Below the pieces are notes generated by a model. The model ran no database searches. It saw only the letters and a program-made list of their open reading frames with translations, and was not told the DNA's origin. Below are positions 62,480-64,000 of a stretch of DNA of 64,000 nucleotides, one piece after another (position 1 is the first letter of the stretch; every line of letters starts with the position of its first letter). Origin of the DNA: Azolla caroliniana (Eukaryota > Plantae > Polypodiophyta); the NCBI GenBank assembly GCA_043228905.1, contig JBHGNT010000006.1, forward strand, positions 2,046,001 to 2,110,000, written 5' to 3'. Both the position numbers and the translations under genes were made by a program.

Positions 62480-64000
62480 CCTGCATTTGGCCAAGGAGAA
62501 GAGGATAGAGGAAAGAAGAAACAATGGAGCCTATATTCTTTTGAGAGCATCTGTCTATCTGGCGATGGCGCGCTTCCTACAAATTCCTTCTCCTTTTTCA
62601 TTCTAATCGCTATCATCTTCATTAGCAGGAGCAGCATCATTATTAGACATATTCAACGTCTCAATCAAATAATCAAGTCAATTTCCTGACCTAGCTAAAT
62701 CATGTGGATATGGCTACGAGCTTTTACAACTTTATTTTCATCATCATCAACAGTAACCTCTGCTTAACCTATACTCAGAGCTGGTTTACTGTGCTAGAAC
62801 TCAAAGATTCATCGGCTCACATGATCAGAAAGTACTGTGTTGTATTACCGCAGTGCATCTTCTTCAAGATAAATGCTCCACCGAAAGTTCAAAAGTAAGA
62901 GCTTTATGTTTTTTCTTTTCTTCCTCTATTTACCCCGCCCTACAAGACAGCTTTACACCCAGTAAAGTTTCATTGTTCTATTAAGTGACCTAACCTCTCT
63001 GCTTATCTTTTCTTTTGTTCTTTCTGGATCTTTTCCATCCTTTTACGCACAATTTCCTGCTTACTTTTCTCCAGTAATAAGAACATCGCAGCACTACAGA
63101 CACTTCGCTGTCTTGTCTGAAAGGTTCGAGGGAATCAATGGTTACAATTTGTTCAAAATGGGTTCAGGAGTTGTACTCAGAAATGCGATTTTCTCTCTTC
63201 AAAGAACCTTTTGATATCTTGTGATCAGAAATCAAGATCAATTAATGAGAGGGATCACTTTATCTTCTGAGCATTGATGCGAAACGGAAAGAGAAAAAGG
63301 AACAGTTTCTCTTCTGATCAGAAGCAAACTCCAGTTGTGTGTAAAAGATAAAAGGGGGAAATAGAGAAAAGAAGACAGAAAAACATGAAACCTCTTTTTC
63401 TTCTCTTCTATGCTACATCTTAAATTGTTTGAAGAAGAAGATCCAGCTACGATCTTAAGTCGTTTATTTTTATCTTTGGAATTCGAAACCTTAGGAGTAA
63501 TCACACTTGTCTCTCATTACAATCGGCTGTGCTTGTATTTAAATATCAGGAGGCTTCTTTAGCGCTGACTCGCGTTTCAATGACGAGGAAGGAATTTACG
63601 GGAAATTCACTCATCATCTACCAACACTAAAGCCTAACCTTAACGCTAACTTAATTTATTTAGAGCCCTGCAGATATATTCATTTTCAGTTTGTTGTCAT
63701 TTAACCTCTTCTTCTTCTTCCACAAGGATTATCATTAGCTCAGCAAAAGTCATTGATTCAATCCAGTACTATGCTTCTTCTGCTTAGCTGCTTTATGAAA
63801 GATTGTGTTTTTTCCTGCCAATAACTCGTAGCTGAGCCTGCGCAGAGAGTACTATCATTAACATATAAAGCTTTAACGCTGTTTGTTTGTCTGAGCAGTA
63901 AATGTATTACCTCTATACAACTATATACTTCATAGCGCAGCTTTCCATGGCCGAGTTTCTAGAACACATCTAAGCTTTACATAGACCATTCGCATGATAT
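62480..64000 (+). other. Probable 5' part of a spliced transcript (long leader or lncRNA) running off the window
   Basis: GA-rich start near 62495. Exon-like blocks 62754-62894 (caacag|...aaaa|gtaaga) and from 63075 (long polypyrimidine tract + ctccag|). No recognisable protein. Confidence 0.35.

Overview
AT-rich land-plant nuclear DNA with GT-AG introns. The PPR and LINE sequence style suggests a fern, which is an inference. Seven well-supported genes were assembled by hand: thioredoxin h (+, 3013-4273), a ycf45/SPD1-like plastid AAA ATPase (-, 11912-19609), an intronless CrRLK1L malectin-like receptor kinase (+, 23619-26318), chloroplast CPN10 (+, 28389-30991), HAL3/PPC decarboxylase (+, 33479-35696), a 26-motif PLS-E PPR protein with no DYW domain (+, 37507-40503) and a GH9 endoglucanase with CBM49 (+, 54783-59018). 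Between them lie decayed LINE fragments, MITE-like foldbacks, microsatellites, many short local tandem duplications and a ~13 kb decayed block (41-54 kb) with no recognisable gene. I found no convincing new multi-gene system. The best leads are an unrecognised 172-codon ORF with a degenerate P-loop-like motif (8914-9432), the long deaminase-less PPR with a periodic predicted target, and a GC-rich 75-nt hairpin upstream of an apparently spliced non-coding or leader transcript at the right end. Exon coordinates come from manual reading and were not checked against transcripts.
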